From: Lama guanicoe
Taxonomy: Eukaryota
Assembly (NCBI GenBank): GCA_013239625.1
Contig: MU053513.1
Coordinates: forward strand, 206,370 to 270,369
Length of the DNA: 64,000 bases
Direction of reading: 5' to 3'
The notes under the pieces: model-generated
Databases searched by the model: none
Told to the model about the DNA's origin: nothing
Seen by the model: only the letters and a program-made list of their open reading frames with translations
In this document: one piece after another, positions 37,601-51,459 of the stretch
How the letters are laid out: every line of letters starts with the position of its first letter
Numbering within the stretch: position 1 is the first letter of the stretch
Translations under genes and position numbers: made by a program

Positions 37601-39114
37601 CAAGGAGACATTTTACACTGGGATAAATCTGCACTTGTTTAAATCCTTCTTCCAATTAAAGAAATCAAAACTGAAAATTGTAGATGAATAACAGCTTTGT
37701 GTTTTATGTAAGAAAATGATTCATAACTCTGAGAGGTTGGCAAAATCAACATGTATATATTTTAGGTTACAAATGCTACGTAGATTTTTATGATTTTTCC
37801 ATTTTAACCCATGTTTCAATTGATTTACTATCTACTCTCCCTGCTACTATCAGATACAGCAGTTTCACTCTCATTTGTAGGATAACGATTAAGCATATCT
37901 GATCCAGACAGAGTCACGACTGTACCATTGCTCTATCACCAAGGCCCTGGGGAACTTTGGGAAAGTTTTGCTTCTTTATCTACAAAAAAAGGAATCTTAA
38001 TAAAACTTAGATTATAGGGTTTTGTTATAAGAACTAAATTAGTCGATGATAAAATGCTTCTCTCTGTGACTGGGACATGGTAAGAAGTGAACATTTGTTA
38101 CAGCATCAAGCTGTTGTGGGACAATTTGAAAAATGCTATCATGTATATTATTTCATTTAATTATCAATGAATTATTTTTCTTACTTTAAATAGAAAAGAG
38201 CTATGGTGAAACACTAAGTTTGATGGTTGGTAATTCATTTCTCTGGGTTCAAAACTTATACCCTTCTTAGGTATTACATTCCTTCATGAACTACTCCAAA
38301 AAGAATGTGTGCTACTAAGTTATTTTCATTTGAAGGAAATCCTCTGGTTTATTGTTCATTTACAGATTTTATTAATATAGACACCATGGCACAATGTCAT
38401 GATTTGAGACAGTGAAGCCTGGTAGATCTATTTCACTTGTGTCTAGTCAATAGAGCAACTCAATTGTGTTTGGAAACAGAGAAAATAACAAAGTCATTTT
38501 CCTCCAGCTGAGCATTCATCAATGAGTTCATGTAAACTTATTTCAAATCAGTAGAAAACAAAGGAAGTTTGAATCCATGCTTTTTATCTTCACTTGAGGC
38601 CGTACACTAGATCTAGTGTAAGGTTTTCTATACTGAATCCACCAGACCCTCTATTATTGGTAGCGATGTCTACTATTAACTAAGTCAATATCATAATACA
38701 GGGCAAAGACAGGCTCTGCAAGTGACTAAAATGTGGATGCTGATTTCCTATCTAATATTGAAAACATATCTTTAATCCCTAATGTTAATAGCTTGTACTA
38801 GTTCTCCCCCTTTCAGAAAGCTAGACTCCTGAGAAGAGATAAGGTGCAACAAAAACTACTATATACAAAGAAGAATATGTTCAATACAGGAAGAGATGTA
38901 TGTGGGCACTGGGGATTTGAAGAACACTGGGTTTGCATTATATGAGGGATATGAGACTCAACTTTGCAGAAGGAGTAGCTTTCAATATGGATATAAAGAA
39001 GAAATAAAGTATGGGTTGGAAGAGATAAGAAAAAAGCTATTTCTTATCTTTTGGGTAAGCTCAATTTTCTTTTGCTATATTAGCATCATTCCCAACATTT
39101 TTTTTACACTTCTC

Positions 39115-39582
39115 CTGTAGTTCAGATTCTGAGAAACTGAATTTCTCAGACCTCTTTGCCACCAAAGCTCTAGTGTGGGTTCCATCAGTGGGAGACCCTC
39201 ACATGCAATTAGCAGGCAGAAGGTATTTTTTTCCCCCTTCCGTAGCACTGGCTGCAGTAGGCAAGCCCTGTTTGGATTCTTTTTGTTTGTTTGTTTGTTT
39301 TTGTTGTTGCTTGTGTTTTTTTGTTTGTTTGTTTGGATTCTTAAAGCCGCAACAGCAGACACATGTAGGCTCCTATGGCTGCCAGACGCAGACCCCTGGC
39401 ATGGCGGCCATGGGGGAATACAGAGTTCACAGCTGCACTCTTAGCTTCCTACCGTTCCTGATCCGAGTACAGCCACCCCATCTTTTTATTTCTCCCAACA
39501 ATTCTGTAAAGACCCCAGCTCTCTTTCTGCTTGAAATACCTAAGCGGATTTCTGTTTTGCTCTTTAGAACCCCTAATGATAG
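39115..39582 (+). mobile_element. LTR33-like ERVL LTR relic
   Basis: 3' end tttctgcttgaaatacctaagcggatttctgttttg...gaacccctaatgata resembles LTR33. Confidence 0.65.
39269..39342 (-). repeat. Orphan poly(A)-derived (GTTT)n insertion with 13-bp TSD
   Basis: tgtttggattctt at 39269-39281 and 39330-39342 flanks a T-rich tract; the right copy ends tctt|aa. Confidence 0.65.
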
Positions 39583-40199
39583 ATAGCAAAACACACAAAC
39601 AAAAATATACATGTAGAAAAGTTAGCACATGTGTTGGGGGAAAAAAGCAATCTAGTTTTCCTAGCACTTGGACTAAAAATGCAATTCAGAACTGTCTTAA
39701 ATAGAGATTGTAATGCTCATCTGTTGAGCTGGCAATTCAGTCGTTTTCTGAATTGCAATTTCTGTCTGGGGTAAGTAATTTCCATAGTCACTTCAGTCTC
39801 ATTTTCTCTAGGTTTGAAAAAGTGAGCATTTATCAAGTCCAAAGTTAACTTTGAAAAAAATGCAAAGAAATATATTTATAAAAAATAATAAAGAAGATAA
39901 CAATTAAATTAATGCCTATGATTTAGCTCAGTGAGTTTGTACCATAAGCTCTGGACACAATAGGCCTGGCAAAGTGTCATAAGAAAATTATAGCCCAGAG
40001 ATGTAAAGTCAATCAGTGTTGATTGTAAACAAAAAATTCTAAGACTATGAAATAAAATTCCTCCATAGTATTCACAGTGGTTTGTGGGCTGGGGAGGGGA
40101 AACAGTCAGACGAAGTAACAGCAATCCACAGGTCTTGTTTTAGTAGAAGACAACTATGGACACTCATTCACATTTAATATTCGAAAAATACAGGTGCAA

Positions 40200-40940
40200 A
40201 TAAGTGTGCCATGTATTCAGGGATATATAATAAGAGATCATACCACTCAAACAGACAGATTGGAAAATCAGCACAAAGAGCACTCAACACTCAACAAAAA
40301 GTAGGAAGGAAACTAAGACAATAACAATAATGTATGGCAGATAGAAAACCCAAAGTGGCTATCAGTTGCGATAAAGATGCATATTAGGTCTCATTAAATT
40401 TTTATTGGTTTGGAACCCAAACTGCTCAGATGAAATGACAAACAGAACAAAACCAAAAATCCAAACCAAATTCAAAGCAACATGCCCTGAAGGCTATTAA
40501 GAGACACAATTCATATTAATAGAACTAGCAAGATACCAAAGTGATCCAATAGTCACAAATCTTCATGAACCTAAAAAATTTCTTTATTTACTTTATATTT
40601 TAGGTGTTTCTATTTTTTATTTTTATTTTTTATTAATTTTTTAAACTTTTTTATTGCATTATAATCATTTTACAATGTTGTGTCTATTTACTTTGAATTT
40701 CAAGAAGTGACAACTGCTAAAATGACAAATCCAAAACTTTAGCAAGATGTTTTGTCACACTTTTCTAAGAAAGCAACAGATCAAATAGACTAAAAAATAA
40801 ATAAGCTTATCAAATGTTTCAATAAAACAATTGTGCTGTCTCTACTAGTAAGTGGATATAGATTATTTCAAAACAAGTAAAGATTTCACAATTTCTAAAA
40901 TGCATCGATAGAACATTGATGGACTAACCATATGTTGATT
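40200..40940 (+). mobile_element. Old L1 ORF2 (endonuclease region) relic
   Basis: A-rich text caaacagacagattgg...aaagtggctatc...cagatcaaatagactaaaaaataaataag...gaacattgatggactaaccatatgtt. Confidence 0.55.
40595..40684 (-). mobile_element. Extremely truncated younger L1 3' tail with 10-bp TSD
   Basis: tttttattgcattataatcattttacaatgttgtgtc; tatttacttt at 40585-40594 and 40685-40694. Confidence 0.7.
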
Positions 40941-41373
40941 CTTTTCAATTAACAGCAATCCATTCACTTGACAGATATTTACCAAGTGTGCCACTTACTG
41001 TTCTCTCCCTGGGGCTCCTAAATTGTAGCAAGAGATGAAAAATGCCATGGTAAAAAGATTGGAGAAATGTGATCTGATTTACATTTCAAAAAGATCAATC
41101 TGCTGCAGGGGAGAGTCTGATAAAACACAATTTTAACTTACAAAAACTCCACAAAATTTTCTCAGAATTGTTTATATATGATAGAGGACTAAAACATTTA
41201 ACATCTCTCACTTAGCTCAATGGGCTTGTGTCTCAGGCAAGAGATGCAATACATTTGACAAAGTTTATTATAAGAAAGAAAAATAAAATTATGAAACAAT
41301 ATGCTCTCCTTGATTTCCCATTAGGAATTGAGTCAAACAATATTTAAAATAGACAGAGTTAACTTAGAGAAAC

Positions 41374-41878
41374 TGTAATAGAGAAGAACAAATCTAATTC
41401 CATATTAGATCTGTTCCTTTGGCTCTAAACCTGTGCTCTGTTCCTGGTGCTTAATTATTGCTGGTTCTGCGCCTTTTGTAAAAGAATGTCGCCTATAGCC
41501 TGAAATATACAGGAGAGCCCGTTTTCAAGGCTCTGATCTATAAGGGTTTAACACTTTTCCATTCATATAAAGATACAAAGTTGCAGAACAGAGAATAGTA
41601 TTTGTCTTATTGGAAGTTTACAGGAACATCATGACCTGACCTACATAGACAGCTGCAAGAGCAAAGGATTCTGACACCAAGAAGCTTGAAACAACCAACC
41701 CGACCCCTCCCCTTTTAGCATAAAAAGAACCTGAATTCTGCCTTGGGGAAGATGGTTCTCCAGGACATTTGTCTGCCATCTTCTCAATCCGCCGGCTTTC
41801 CAAATAAAGTCATTATTCCCTGGGGGAGATTTATTGGTCTACTGCACAGCAAGCAGAATAAGTTTGGACTGGATAACA
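41374..41878 (+). mobile_element. ERV1-type solo LTR, family X copy 3
   Basis: tgtaatagagaagaacaaatct...cataaaaagaacctg...aataaagtc...agtttggactggataaca; near-TSD aaac/caac. Confidence 0.88.
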
Positions 41879-44800
41879 CAACTGACAACAGTTTCTGCGG
41901 GGTGGCATACACACACCAGATATATTTTCAGAGGTAATTTTTTTCTGTAACAATCTTTCTCTTCCTTGCTAACTTTAGAATTTAATCCCTGAAAAATATG
42001 TTTCTCCATTCAACTATCCCATTGAATAGTTTGGCAAAATACTCTATTTTTTTTTTCAATATTTACTGATGAGGTTAACTGCTTAACCAATCTATCATCT
42101 AAGTCTACCCCACAGTTTACCACTATTTAAGTTAACATGCACACATACAGATATGTGTAAATACGTGCAAAAAGCCATGATGGATAAATACCAAACTATT
42201 AACAGCAATTCCATCAGAGAAATGATCTGATTTAGTAGCGTAAGGCAGGTTTAGAGAAGGGAAAGAAGAATTAGGCTTTAGATTTAGGCTTATCTAGAAT
42301 ATTTCAATTTCTTTTAAAAGGAGAATTCATTTGTATATGAACGAGGCAATCACAGTTTAGAAGGAAATAGAGCACTGAATTGTCATAGCGTAGTTATAAA
42401 GGTTAAAAACATGACTCTCATACAAATATAGAGTGGACACGTGTCAGATATTTTACTAAACTCCTTAATTAATGAAAAAGCCAGGAGGGTAATAAAGCTA
42501 GTTTCAAAAGACTTTGAGGATTGAAGATTATATAGCCATCAGAAAAGATATACTTTTCAATATGGATATTAAAATAAGGTTCTTAAATTACATATAAAAC
42601 TGATTAATATTCCACAAGACATTAAAACTATAACTTTGGGATTATGTTTTCTACTGATTAGAAATCTACAAATTGACACATAACTCTAATTAAATAGCTA
42701 AACCAAGCACAGGTACTTTTTTCCTGGTGAATTAAACAATCTTTGGATTTGACTGCAAAACAATAAACCAGTCTGATATTAAAAGTACAAGCATGCTCTT
42801 TTTGTTTGCTTATTTCCAAGTATTGTATGATTTTTCTTAATAAAATAAAGGAAAACAGAAAGAGAAGGTACCTCACTGTTAAGAACAGGAATTGAAACAG
42901 GTATTTTTTGAACACATATTGGGGAAATGTAAGTAATTTCTCAGAAAACCATAATAGAATGATCCAAATACACATGATGGAGATGTAACAATATGAAAAA
43001 ACATCATTAATAGCAGGAAAAGAGAGTTCTTTGCAGTTGGTATACAAGCTCTGATACTAGAAAATACTCATTCAAATGCTAACAGGGATATAACAGAAAA
43101 AAATTAAAGTTTTCATGTAAGACCAGGAGAGAAATTGCCTTTAGCTATATGGGGCTTGATTATTTCTAGTGAATAATGATTTTTGAGTTATTGAATCTAT
43201 TCTGTATATTATTTTTAGTTTATGTTGGAACTAATTCTATGGGGAATTTGTATAGGACATTCCATGCTTTGTGTGTGTGTGTATGTATGTAGAGTGTGTG
43301 TGTGTGTATACATTTTTCTCCTGTAATCTGAACATTATAAATCTCTCCAGTTATAGACTCTATAAACTCTAATTTGCAAGTACAATCAAGATTTAGGTGA
43401 CCACTGTGAGTTCTGAATAAGCAAAAAAGTAAACTAAAAACTTACATTATTCTTGATGTTCCATATATCATATAAATGCAAAAGTTTGTTAAAAAAAAGT
43501 CTTCCCATAATTTACACAAACCACTATTTTCAAATATTAGGCTTGAATCAGGATTAGCCTAGTGAGATATGTCCCTGTACACGTTTATTGAACTCATTTT
43601 GTCTTAGTTACTTGGAGAGATTTTGTTTAATAGACTATAATACAAATACAATTGATTGACTCTACGGAAAGAGATAAAAATAACCCTGGAGGTCCCTGAT
43701 AATAAGGAAATATTAATGTCTTTACATTCCATGATCCTAGTTGAACTTTCTGATATTATTTATCCTGTCTATTGGAAATGTATCAACATCAGCTAATAAA
43801 CACAGGGCATCAGATTCTACCTGAAAATTGAGGAAACAAAGATTGAAGCATGCCTGCTATGAAAGTTAATTGGAAGGCTTAGAATTTATTGTTATAGGGT
43901 TACTTAAAAATATCAAAGGTGATTATTTTCCACTATTACTGTACGACCAAAGTGAAAGTTCGTCTAAAATAAAGAAACTTTAAACTGCATTCCTTTCATA
44001 TAATCTAGGGCATGCATATTTATTTGACTTTACATTAAAAAAAAAGAGAATATTGATTTACATAAATTTACATATACTGCTTAAGTATGTAAAACTAATT
44101 AGTACAACTGAAAACGATGCATTCAAGATTCACATTTAAGGTCATTCCAAGAACTGAGGTCAACCAAGGTTTGCAAATTAGGAAATCTGGCTCCACCAGG
44201 GTCTTCCTCCCAAAGCAGGGATCATTTTCAAAGTGATTTGCCTAAAGACAAAGGCTTCCGAGTTGTTGACTCTGTGAAAACAGATGTATTCTCCCCAGTG
44301 TTCCAGTAAGAGGTCCCTAAGGATTTTTCGTGTGCTTGGGGCTGCTGTTCTCCTTGACTCCTTGTCTTGAGACGATGTGTTACATCATTCTGTCTCCTCA
44401 CTGAGGAGGCTATCAAGTGAGCTGCCTTGGACTGATCTGGTCCGTGATAGGAAGTGTTCTGTGCTCCAAAAATGGCATGCAACCTCAAACAGAGTCTTTA
44501 AAAACTGTCAGCTCTACTTTTAAATCTTAGTGGCTTAAGCTGTTTATAAAGGAGCCTAAAATAAGAAAGTTTTCTGTTTTAAATAAGATAACCTATGAAG
44601 TTTTAAAAGGTACACCATTTTGGGCATTATGTGTTCCTTCCTTGAGTTATGAGGGAACTTTAATAAGAAGTGTCAGTAATCTCAAATCCATTTAAACTTG
44701 CTTTCTGGGATGTACTGATTTACAGAGCCATGATCTGCCTGTGATGGATCATAGCTGATCAGGTCATTTGCTGATAAACATATTTCAGAGGATTTTCCTT

Positions 44801-45245
44801 TCCAGTTTCCGTTGAAATTCTTATAGTGTAATGGTATGTCCTTGCAGAGTCTACTCTGCCGGCCAAGTTTCTTTTTTCTAGAAAAGTCTGTTTTCTGGAA
44901 ATACAGTTCATCCCGTGGAACTGGTTTTACTATTTACTAAAGACCTGGACCCTGTCAACTCAATGTGGTACTAAATATTGAGATTAAAAAATGCACACAA
45001 TCAAGGAGTCAACGTTTTGAGTTGTTGGGTACTTAAAATCATTAAGGTACTCACAGGAACTTTCCCTTTGCTACAGGATATATATATATTTTAACCTTGT
45101 CCTGAAATGTAACCTTGTGTTTTTGGATTTTCTAGTGATTTCTTAAAATAACTCCCTTCTCCGTCCGTTAATGGCACTGTTGCCAAACCTCTGCATATAT
45201 CTCCATCCTCCCCAGACTCAAAAACTTTCAGAGGGGACCTGCCAC

Positions 45246-45798
45246 TGTAGGGGAGGAAAAAGTTATCCTCAAGCCTCTTAGGGTTGCTAGCTTCCTGAAA
45301 ATTACACTGATAGAGACAGATTAACAGGAGAAAAACATGATTTACTTAATGTAAGTTTTTTGTGATATGCGAGCCCTTATAAGGAGATCAAGATCTGAGG
45401 AAATGATTAAACCAGAGTATTTTTAGTGCTAGGTTTGATGAGATGTAGACAGTTGTGGAGAAATATGAGAAAATATTAAAAGTATAAAGTAAAAAAAAAG
45501 TGTGAGGTCCAAGAATATGAAGGAAGAGTAATAAATTGGGGGAAAATTAGCAAGGCCTGTCTGTTTCTTTGGATTCTTCTGGCCTCCTTCTGTCTTTGGA
45601 TATAAGACTCCTTTCCTCTGGATAAAGGGAAGGCATCTCTCACATGAAGATTTTATGACCTCTTTTAGGGGACAAAGGTGTAGAGAAGGAAGGTCAGAGT
45701 GACCTTCCTGCTTCTGCCACTTTCTCAAGTTCCTTCAGCCTATAGAATTCAATATGCCATGGTGCCACTTTTAGGGTATCATGTCCTGAATGTCATCT
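45246..45798 (-). mobile_element. MER34A-like ERV1 solo LTR
   Basis: tgtaggggaggaaaa...acagattaacaggagaaaa...aggtcagagtgaccttcctgcttctg...caatatgcca...tcctgaa; near-TSD ccac/ctac. Confidence 0.8.
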
Positions 45799-47299
45799 CT
45801 ACCCGGTGCATCCAAAGTCCATGGTCTAGCATTAGAGAGGGCCTCCGTCCTCTGCCCCCAACTGTCACTCTTTCATGTGACTTTCCTTTAGGACTTCTAC
45901 TCTCTAGAAATATCTTCAATGATCCTCCCCGATTTTTAAATTCTTACCTTTTTTTACTAGGATACAGCTCACTCTCCACTTTTTCTATAAAAGATTTCCA
46001 TGACGATTTTATTGTATTCTCGTCTTAACTCCATCTTGCAAAGCCTGGTTCACATTTTCCCTCTGTAAGAGAAGCCATCTCTGACAACCCCTCCTTATCA
46101 TCCTTTGACCCATATTATTATCTTTAACAGTATTCTCCCATTTATTTAACCTGTGTTATACTGTTTTATAGAAACTGAAACATAGGGAGATTAAGAAGAT
46201 TGCCCAAAGTAACAGAGCTAAGATTGATATCTGTTTTGTTTTGTTTCTTTCTACAAAGCCCTTTCTCATAATTAAATAAACCTGCTGACTTCATTTATTC
46301 ATTAGACCTTCTCTGAGATGATATTTTTATCATCTGAAAAAGCCCTTATTTGATTTAGTACCACCTATGCATTTATGAAATGCTTCATATATTTTGTGCT
46401 TCTTTTTGTGTCCTAAAGTGTCCAGAGTGACAGAATAAAATGCAAATGCATTTCTTTTCTTAGCTGTGTTAATTTCAAACTAGTGATAAGTCCAATATGA
46501 AACAATAAATAGGAGAATGCTTAGGACATCTTATAAACTACCAAAAATGTACTAAATTCTCTGTTTCTTAGATGCCACTGATTATGAAATTAACCATAAA
46601 TTTAATAATATTTTCAGAAAAAAGAATCTTGGAGCTTTATAAAAACACTGTGATAGTATAATACACTTTTCTCAATTTTAAGAATATTTTCCAATAAAAT
46701 AGTGTCTTAGAAAAAGGGAAAGGCAGTAATTATAGGGTGAAATTTTCTGATTTTCTAGGAGTTTTTTTTTTTTTGACATACATAGGGATTTTTAAAATAA
46801 AAATTAGGCAAAAAAAATTCTTCCCCCAATTCTGAGTATTATCCATGAATAATATATCAAAATCAAAATTCTCTACTTTTTTCTGACTCTGGACATATAA
46901 TGAATCCTTAACTGACATTAAATGTTGGAACAGAACATTGTGAAAGAACCAGATGAAGGAGCATATAAAATTTGTCTAATTCTCTTTTCAGTTTCATGTA
47001 AATAATATGAACTTGATTTCCCTTTGATGCTTATAAAAATGTTAACTTCTGTACACCAGAGGCAAAATCCTAGGAGGCCACTAAGCTGCAAAAGAAAATT
47101 TTATCTTCCTCTTTTACTGCATGTTATCTTTATGTTTCTGGCACTCTGTCTTTTTTATTCTTTTTGTTTCTTTCTATATCTTTTTTTCTCTGAACTAATT
47201 TTGTTTTTAAATTAAAATTCAACAACTTCATTCTGTCTCAACTATAATTTTAGAGATCCAGATGAAGTACTTTATATCCATCTTCTTAAAAATAATAAA

Positions 47300-48430
47300 T
47301 TAGAAGAAGATTTCTGCAAACTGCGTATATGACAAAGGAATATTATTTAGAATATGTAAAGAGCATTCAATGCTTAGTGAAAAGCGAATAATCCCACTGT
47401 AACATGGGCAAAAGAAACACGCAGACACGTCACTGAAGAAGTTAGATAGATGTTAAATCAGCACATAAAAATGTGTTCAACATCTTCGGTCATCAGGGAA
47501 ATACAAATTAAAACCACAATGAAATATCATGCCCGCTAGAATGGCCAAAATGAAACAAGAGACAATAATGCTGGTGAGGAGGTAGAGAAACTGGATCATT
47601 TATACATAGCTGTTGGTAATGAAAATTGTATAGCCACTCTGGAAAATAGTATGGAAATTTCTTGAAGAGCTAAACATTTATAGGCCCTGCAATTGCACTC
47701 TTATGCATTTATCCCAGAGAAATAAGAACTTATGTTCACACAAAAACCTGTCTGCAAATATTCATAGCAGCTTTTTTCATAATAACCAAGAACTGAAAAT
47801 GGTCCAGATGTCCTTCAACTGTTGAATAGTTAAACAAACTATGGTACCTAAACAGCAATGGAATATTACTCAGCAACCAAAAGGGAAGAGTACTGCTTTA
47901 CACAGCAGAGAATTGTGCTGAGTGAAAACAGCCAACCAGGTAAGTCAGTTACACCCTATAATTCCAGTTACATAGCATTTTCAAATGAAAACATTCCAAA
48001 TGTTGAGAACAGATTCATGTTTGCCAGGGCTTCGGGAGGTGGATTGAGTGGAAGGGAGGAAGCTGTGTTTATAAAAAGGTCACATAAGAGATCCTCGTGC
48101 TGATTGAATTGGTCAGTGCCTTGACTGTGATGGTGGAGACATAGACCTACAAATGTGATAAAGTTGTATAGAAGTGTATTTACACACTCACATCCTCCTC
48201 TCTCACATATGCACTCACAGAAACATACAAGAGTATGTGTAAAACTGGGGAACTCTAAAAACCTTGGTGGATTATATCAATGCCTATATTTTGGTTGATA
48301 TATTGCACTATAGTTCTAAAATGTTACCCTTGGGGGAAACTGAGTAAAGGGTTCATTGAATCTCTATTCTATGCATTATTTTTGCAGCTGCATGTGAATC
48401 CACAGTTATCTCAATCAAATTTCAATTTAA
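47300..48430 (+). mobile_element. L1MC/L1MD-type LINE-1, ORF2 end and 3'UTR
   Basis: catcagggaaatacaaattaaaaccacaatga...aatggaatattactcagca...gggaaactgagtaaaggg...ctgcatgtgaatccacagttatctc. Confidence 0.85.
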
Positions 48431-48784
48431 ACTGGTACAATAAAGGTCTTTTACTTTATATAGTTTTGAATACATAGAAACCATCAAATAATTATAATTC
48501 CGTGAGTCCTTCTACCTACAAAAATATTGATACTTAACAATAGAAAGCCATATTCATATATCCATTTTGTGAGGCTTGAGCTGGTATCGAGGGGGAGGAA
48601 GGATTAGGTAGTATTGATATGCAAAACACATGTATCCTGCAAGAGTAGTAAGAGACGTTGTTTAAGATAAAGAAGCAAAGTGTGTCAAGTGAATCACTGA
48701 GAAATATGTAGGGCAATGACTGAAACTCTGCTGTGCCTGTGAACTACTTGGTGAGCCTCCTAAATATGCAGATGGCAGCACATA

Positions 48785-48885
48785 ACCGTAGAGACCCTGA
48801 GTCAGCAGATCTGGGATGGGCTCTGGCATCATCCCAGGTGATCCTGATGGCATCAGTTCATAGATGATAATTTAAAACTCATTGA
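48785..48885. mobile_element. MER5A-type hAT fragment
   Basis: ctgagtcagcagatctgggatggg...cccaggtgatcctgatg. Confidence 0.6.
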
Positions 48886-49514
48886 TTTAAAGATAATTCA
48901 CTGCAGGACAAAACAGTATATGTTGTTTACATAAATAGAAATACACAGATGATTACAGACATAAATACATTTAATATTGACAGAAAACTGAAAATTTAAT
49001 AGAAAGGAATTGAGAATTTAACTACATGTTGTATCAGTGAATAAATAGAATATCATTTCTACTTACTGCATGAGAACAAAATGAAAGACTACATCTTCAT
49101 ATTAGAAACATTTTTCTTTTTATAAATTGAAAATGGTTTGCTCTATCCAGGAGAGTATGACATTTTAATGACTGGAGTCATAAAAATATAATTACCTGAT
49201 AAATAATCAGTTTATACTAATTCTTAAAAATCTGAATATTATAGTGTTTGATAGGGCTAGTTTCTTATGATAGTTTCTTATGACTGTTTTCTAGATCAAT
49301 TTCTTAAGAAATCAGTAGACTCATTATATAAAGAAAATAAGAACATTTATGTACACTAAGGTTGTAGTTTTTACTTTTTGGAATCTTACTTTTTTCAGTT
49401 AATTTTATTTTTGAACATAGATATGTCTACTAGACTTTCTATTAGAAGTAATTATCATCATAGCACTGAATAATAAACATCTCCAAATATACTGACTTAC
49501 ATTTATTCCTGTGT

Positions 49515-49800
49515 TTATAGGTTGCAATCTAGGATGGTCCAACCTGGGCAGATCTGCTTCAGGATGCTGATAGGCTGGTAGAGTAGGACAAATTTCTACG
49601 CCTCATTTTAGGATTCAGTCTGGAAGCACAGGGTATGTTCTCATGGCAATGACAGAGGCATAAGAGGATAAGCCAATCACACAACCACATTTTAAGCATC
49701 TGTTCACTTCAGTTCTGCTAACATCCCATGGTCCAATGTAAGTAACATGTCAAAGTCCAAAGTCAAGGAGCAGGGACATTCACTTCAACTACAGTGATGC
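49515..49800 (-). mobile_element. MLT1 (MaLR) LTR relic
   Basis: tctcatggcaatgacagagg...ctgctaacatcccatggtcc...aaagtccaaagtcaagg. Confidence 0.6.
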
Positions 49801-50076
49801 TACGTCAAGGATGAGGATATATACCACTCTTCCAGGGGGTGTAAAATTGGGTAGGATCATTCACTACAGTGATCACATTCTTGGTGAACAATATTACCTT
49901 TTAGAGATAGTTTATTTGAGAATTATAAGAGACACCATATATATTTCAATTCTTTATTAACATTACATAAAACTTTTACATTATTTATTTAAACATCTTA
50001 ATTTTAACTAAAGTCAACTTTGAGCTTCTTACTCCACTGTATTTTTTACTTAATACTTGCCTTGTACAATAACACT

Positions 50077-50990
50077 TGTATTAGTTACCTTTTGCAACTT
50101 AACAAATCACCTCAAAATTAATGGCTTAAACAATTTTTTATTTGCTTACTGGTTTGTGGGTCAACAATTTGGGCTGTGCACAGCTAGAATGCCTTATTCA
50201 CGTAGGGCCACTGGGATGGCTGAAGTATTCAGAAAGTATGGATCATTTTCTCCAAATGGTCTTGTTACCACGTCCAAGTTTGTACTGCTTGCAGCATGAC
50301 AAGCCAATAAATTGAGAGATGAGGTGTTGGGGCAGGGAACGGTGGCTTTATTAGGGAAGACAGCAGACCAAGAAAATGGCAGGCTAGTGCCCCAAAGAAC
50401 CATCTTACTGGAGTCAGAATTCTGGCTTCTTTTATATTAAAAGGAATGGACGTGTGGCTGGTTGTTGCAAGTTTCTTGGTGCCAGCAAGACCCTCAAGGT
50501 GACAATCCTTTGTTCTTGCACCTGTCTGTGTAGTTCTGGTCATGAGGTTCCTGTAAACCTTCAACAAGACAAATGTTATTTTCTCTTCTGCAATTTTTTA
50601 TCTTTATATGAATGAAAGGTCAAGCCTGGGAGGCAGAGCCTTGAGAAAGGATACTATGTATATTTCAGGCTATAGGCAGCTTTCCTGTACGAAGGTTCAG
50701 GGTCGGCATGACTAAGCACAGGCAACGGAGCACAAAGATTAGAGCTAAAGGAACAGATCCAATACGGAGTCAGGCTTGTTCTTCTCTGTTATGGCCTCTC
50801 ATCCTCAAGGAGACTAGGCTAGGCTTGTGCTCTTGGCAGCCACGTTCTGAAAGGACAAGTGTAGAGAATTCACCACACCCTGAGGCCTAGGATCCAAATT
50901 CACACAATGATATGTGCACTACATTTTATTGATCAAAGCAAGTTATAAAGCCATTCCAGATGTGAGAGGTGGAGAATGAACAGTGATGTT
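50077..50990 (-). mobile_element. MLT1 (MaLR) LTR split by a family X LTR
   Basis: tgtattagttacc...aacaaatcacctcaaaattaatggcttaaac...[insert]...gcctctcatcctc...ttattgatcaaagcaagttat. Confidence 0.7.
50263..50793 (-). mobile_element. ERV1-type solo LTR, family X copy 4
   Basis: tgttaccacgtccaag...gccaataaatt...agagctaaaggaacagatccaatacggagtcag; near-TSD gtct/gcct. Confidence 0.88.
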
Positions 50991-51459
50991 CTCTTGTATT
51001 AATGTACAGATATAAACTAGCTGAATTTGATACATTAAACCTATCAAATGTCCTTATGTTTTATACTTTTTTAGGCTTCTTGAGCTGCTATAATGTTGTT
51101 AAAATGCTCCATTCTTCAAATTTTCAGACATAAATTTTTTTCTAAACTTTACACCGAGAGCTGGATCTTTGATCAGGGATGTCTAAATCTTTTCAGTCAT
51201 GTCCCCCACTAACTATCACAGTTTTTTTGACTTTTATCTCAAATAAAATATGTAAATTTATTTAAGAATTGTATACTACTAATAAGGCATATAGAAAATG
51301 GCAGTAAAATTTTCTTCCTTTCAAATTAAGAAATTATTTAGAAAAAAATTAAAAATTTTCATACCTTCTCAGTTGATTCTTCTGCTCATCCCTAGGGAGA
51401 CCACTATGTTAGGTTACCAGTTGACTTTCCTAATAAGCTAATTCTCATCTTGAGTAGAT

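Noticed and set aside
38603..38620. Perfect 18-bp palindrome tacactagatctagtgta
   Set aside because: One such palindrome in 64 kb of AT-rich DNA is not improbable; no supporting context.
33675..41878. Two same-orientation LTRs 7.7 kb apart as a full provirus
   Set aside because: Each has its own TSD, no PBS/gag/pol was seen, and the interval holds older MER33, MIR, LTR33 and L1 relics.
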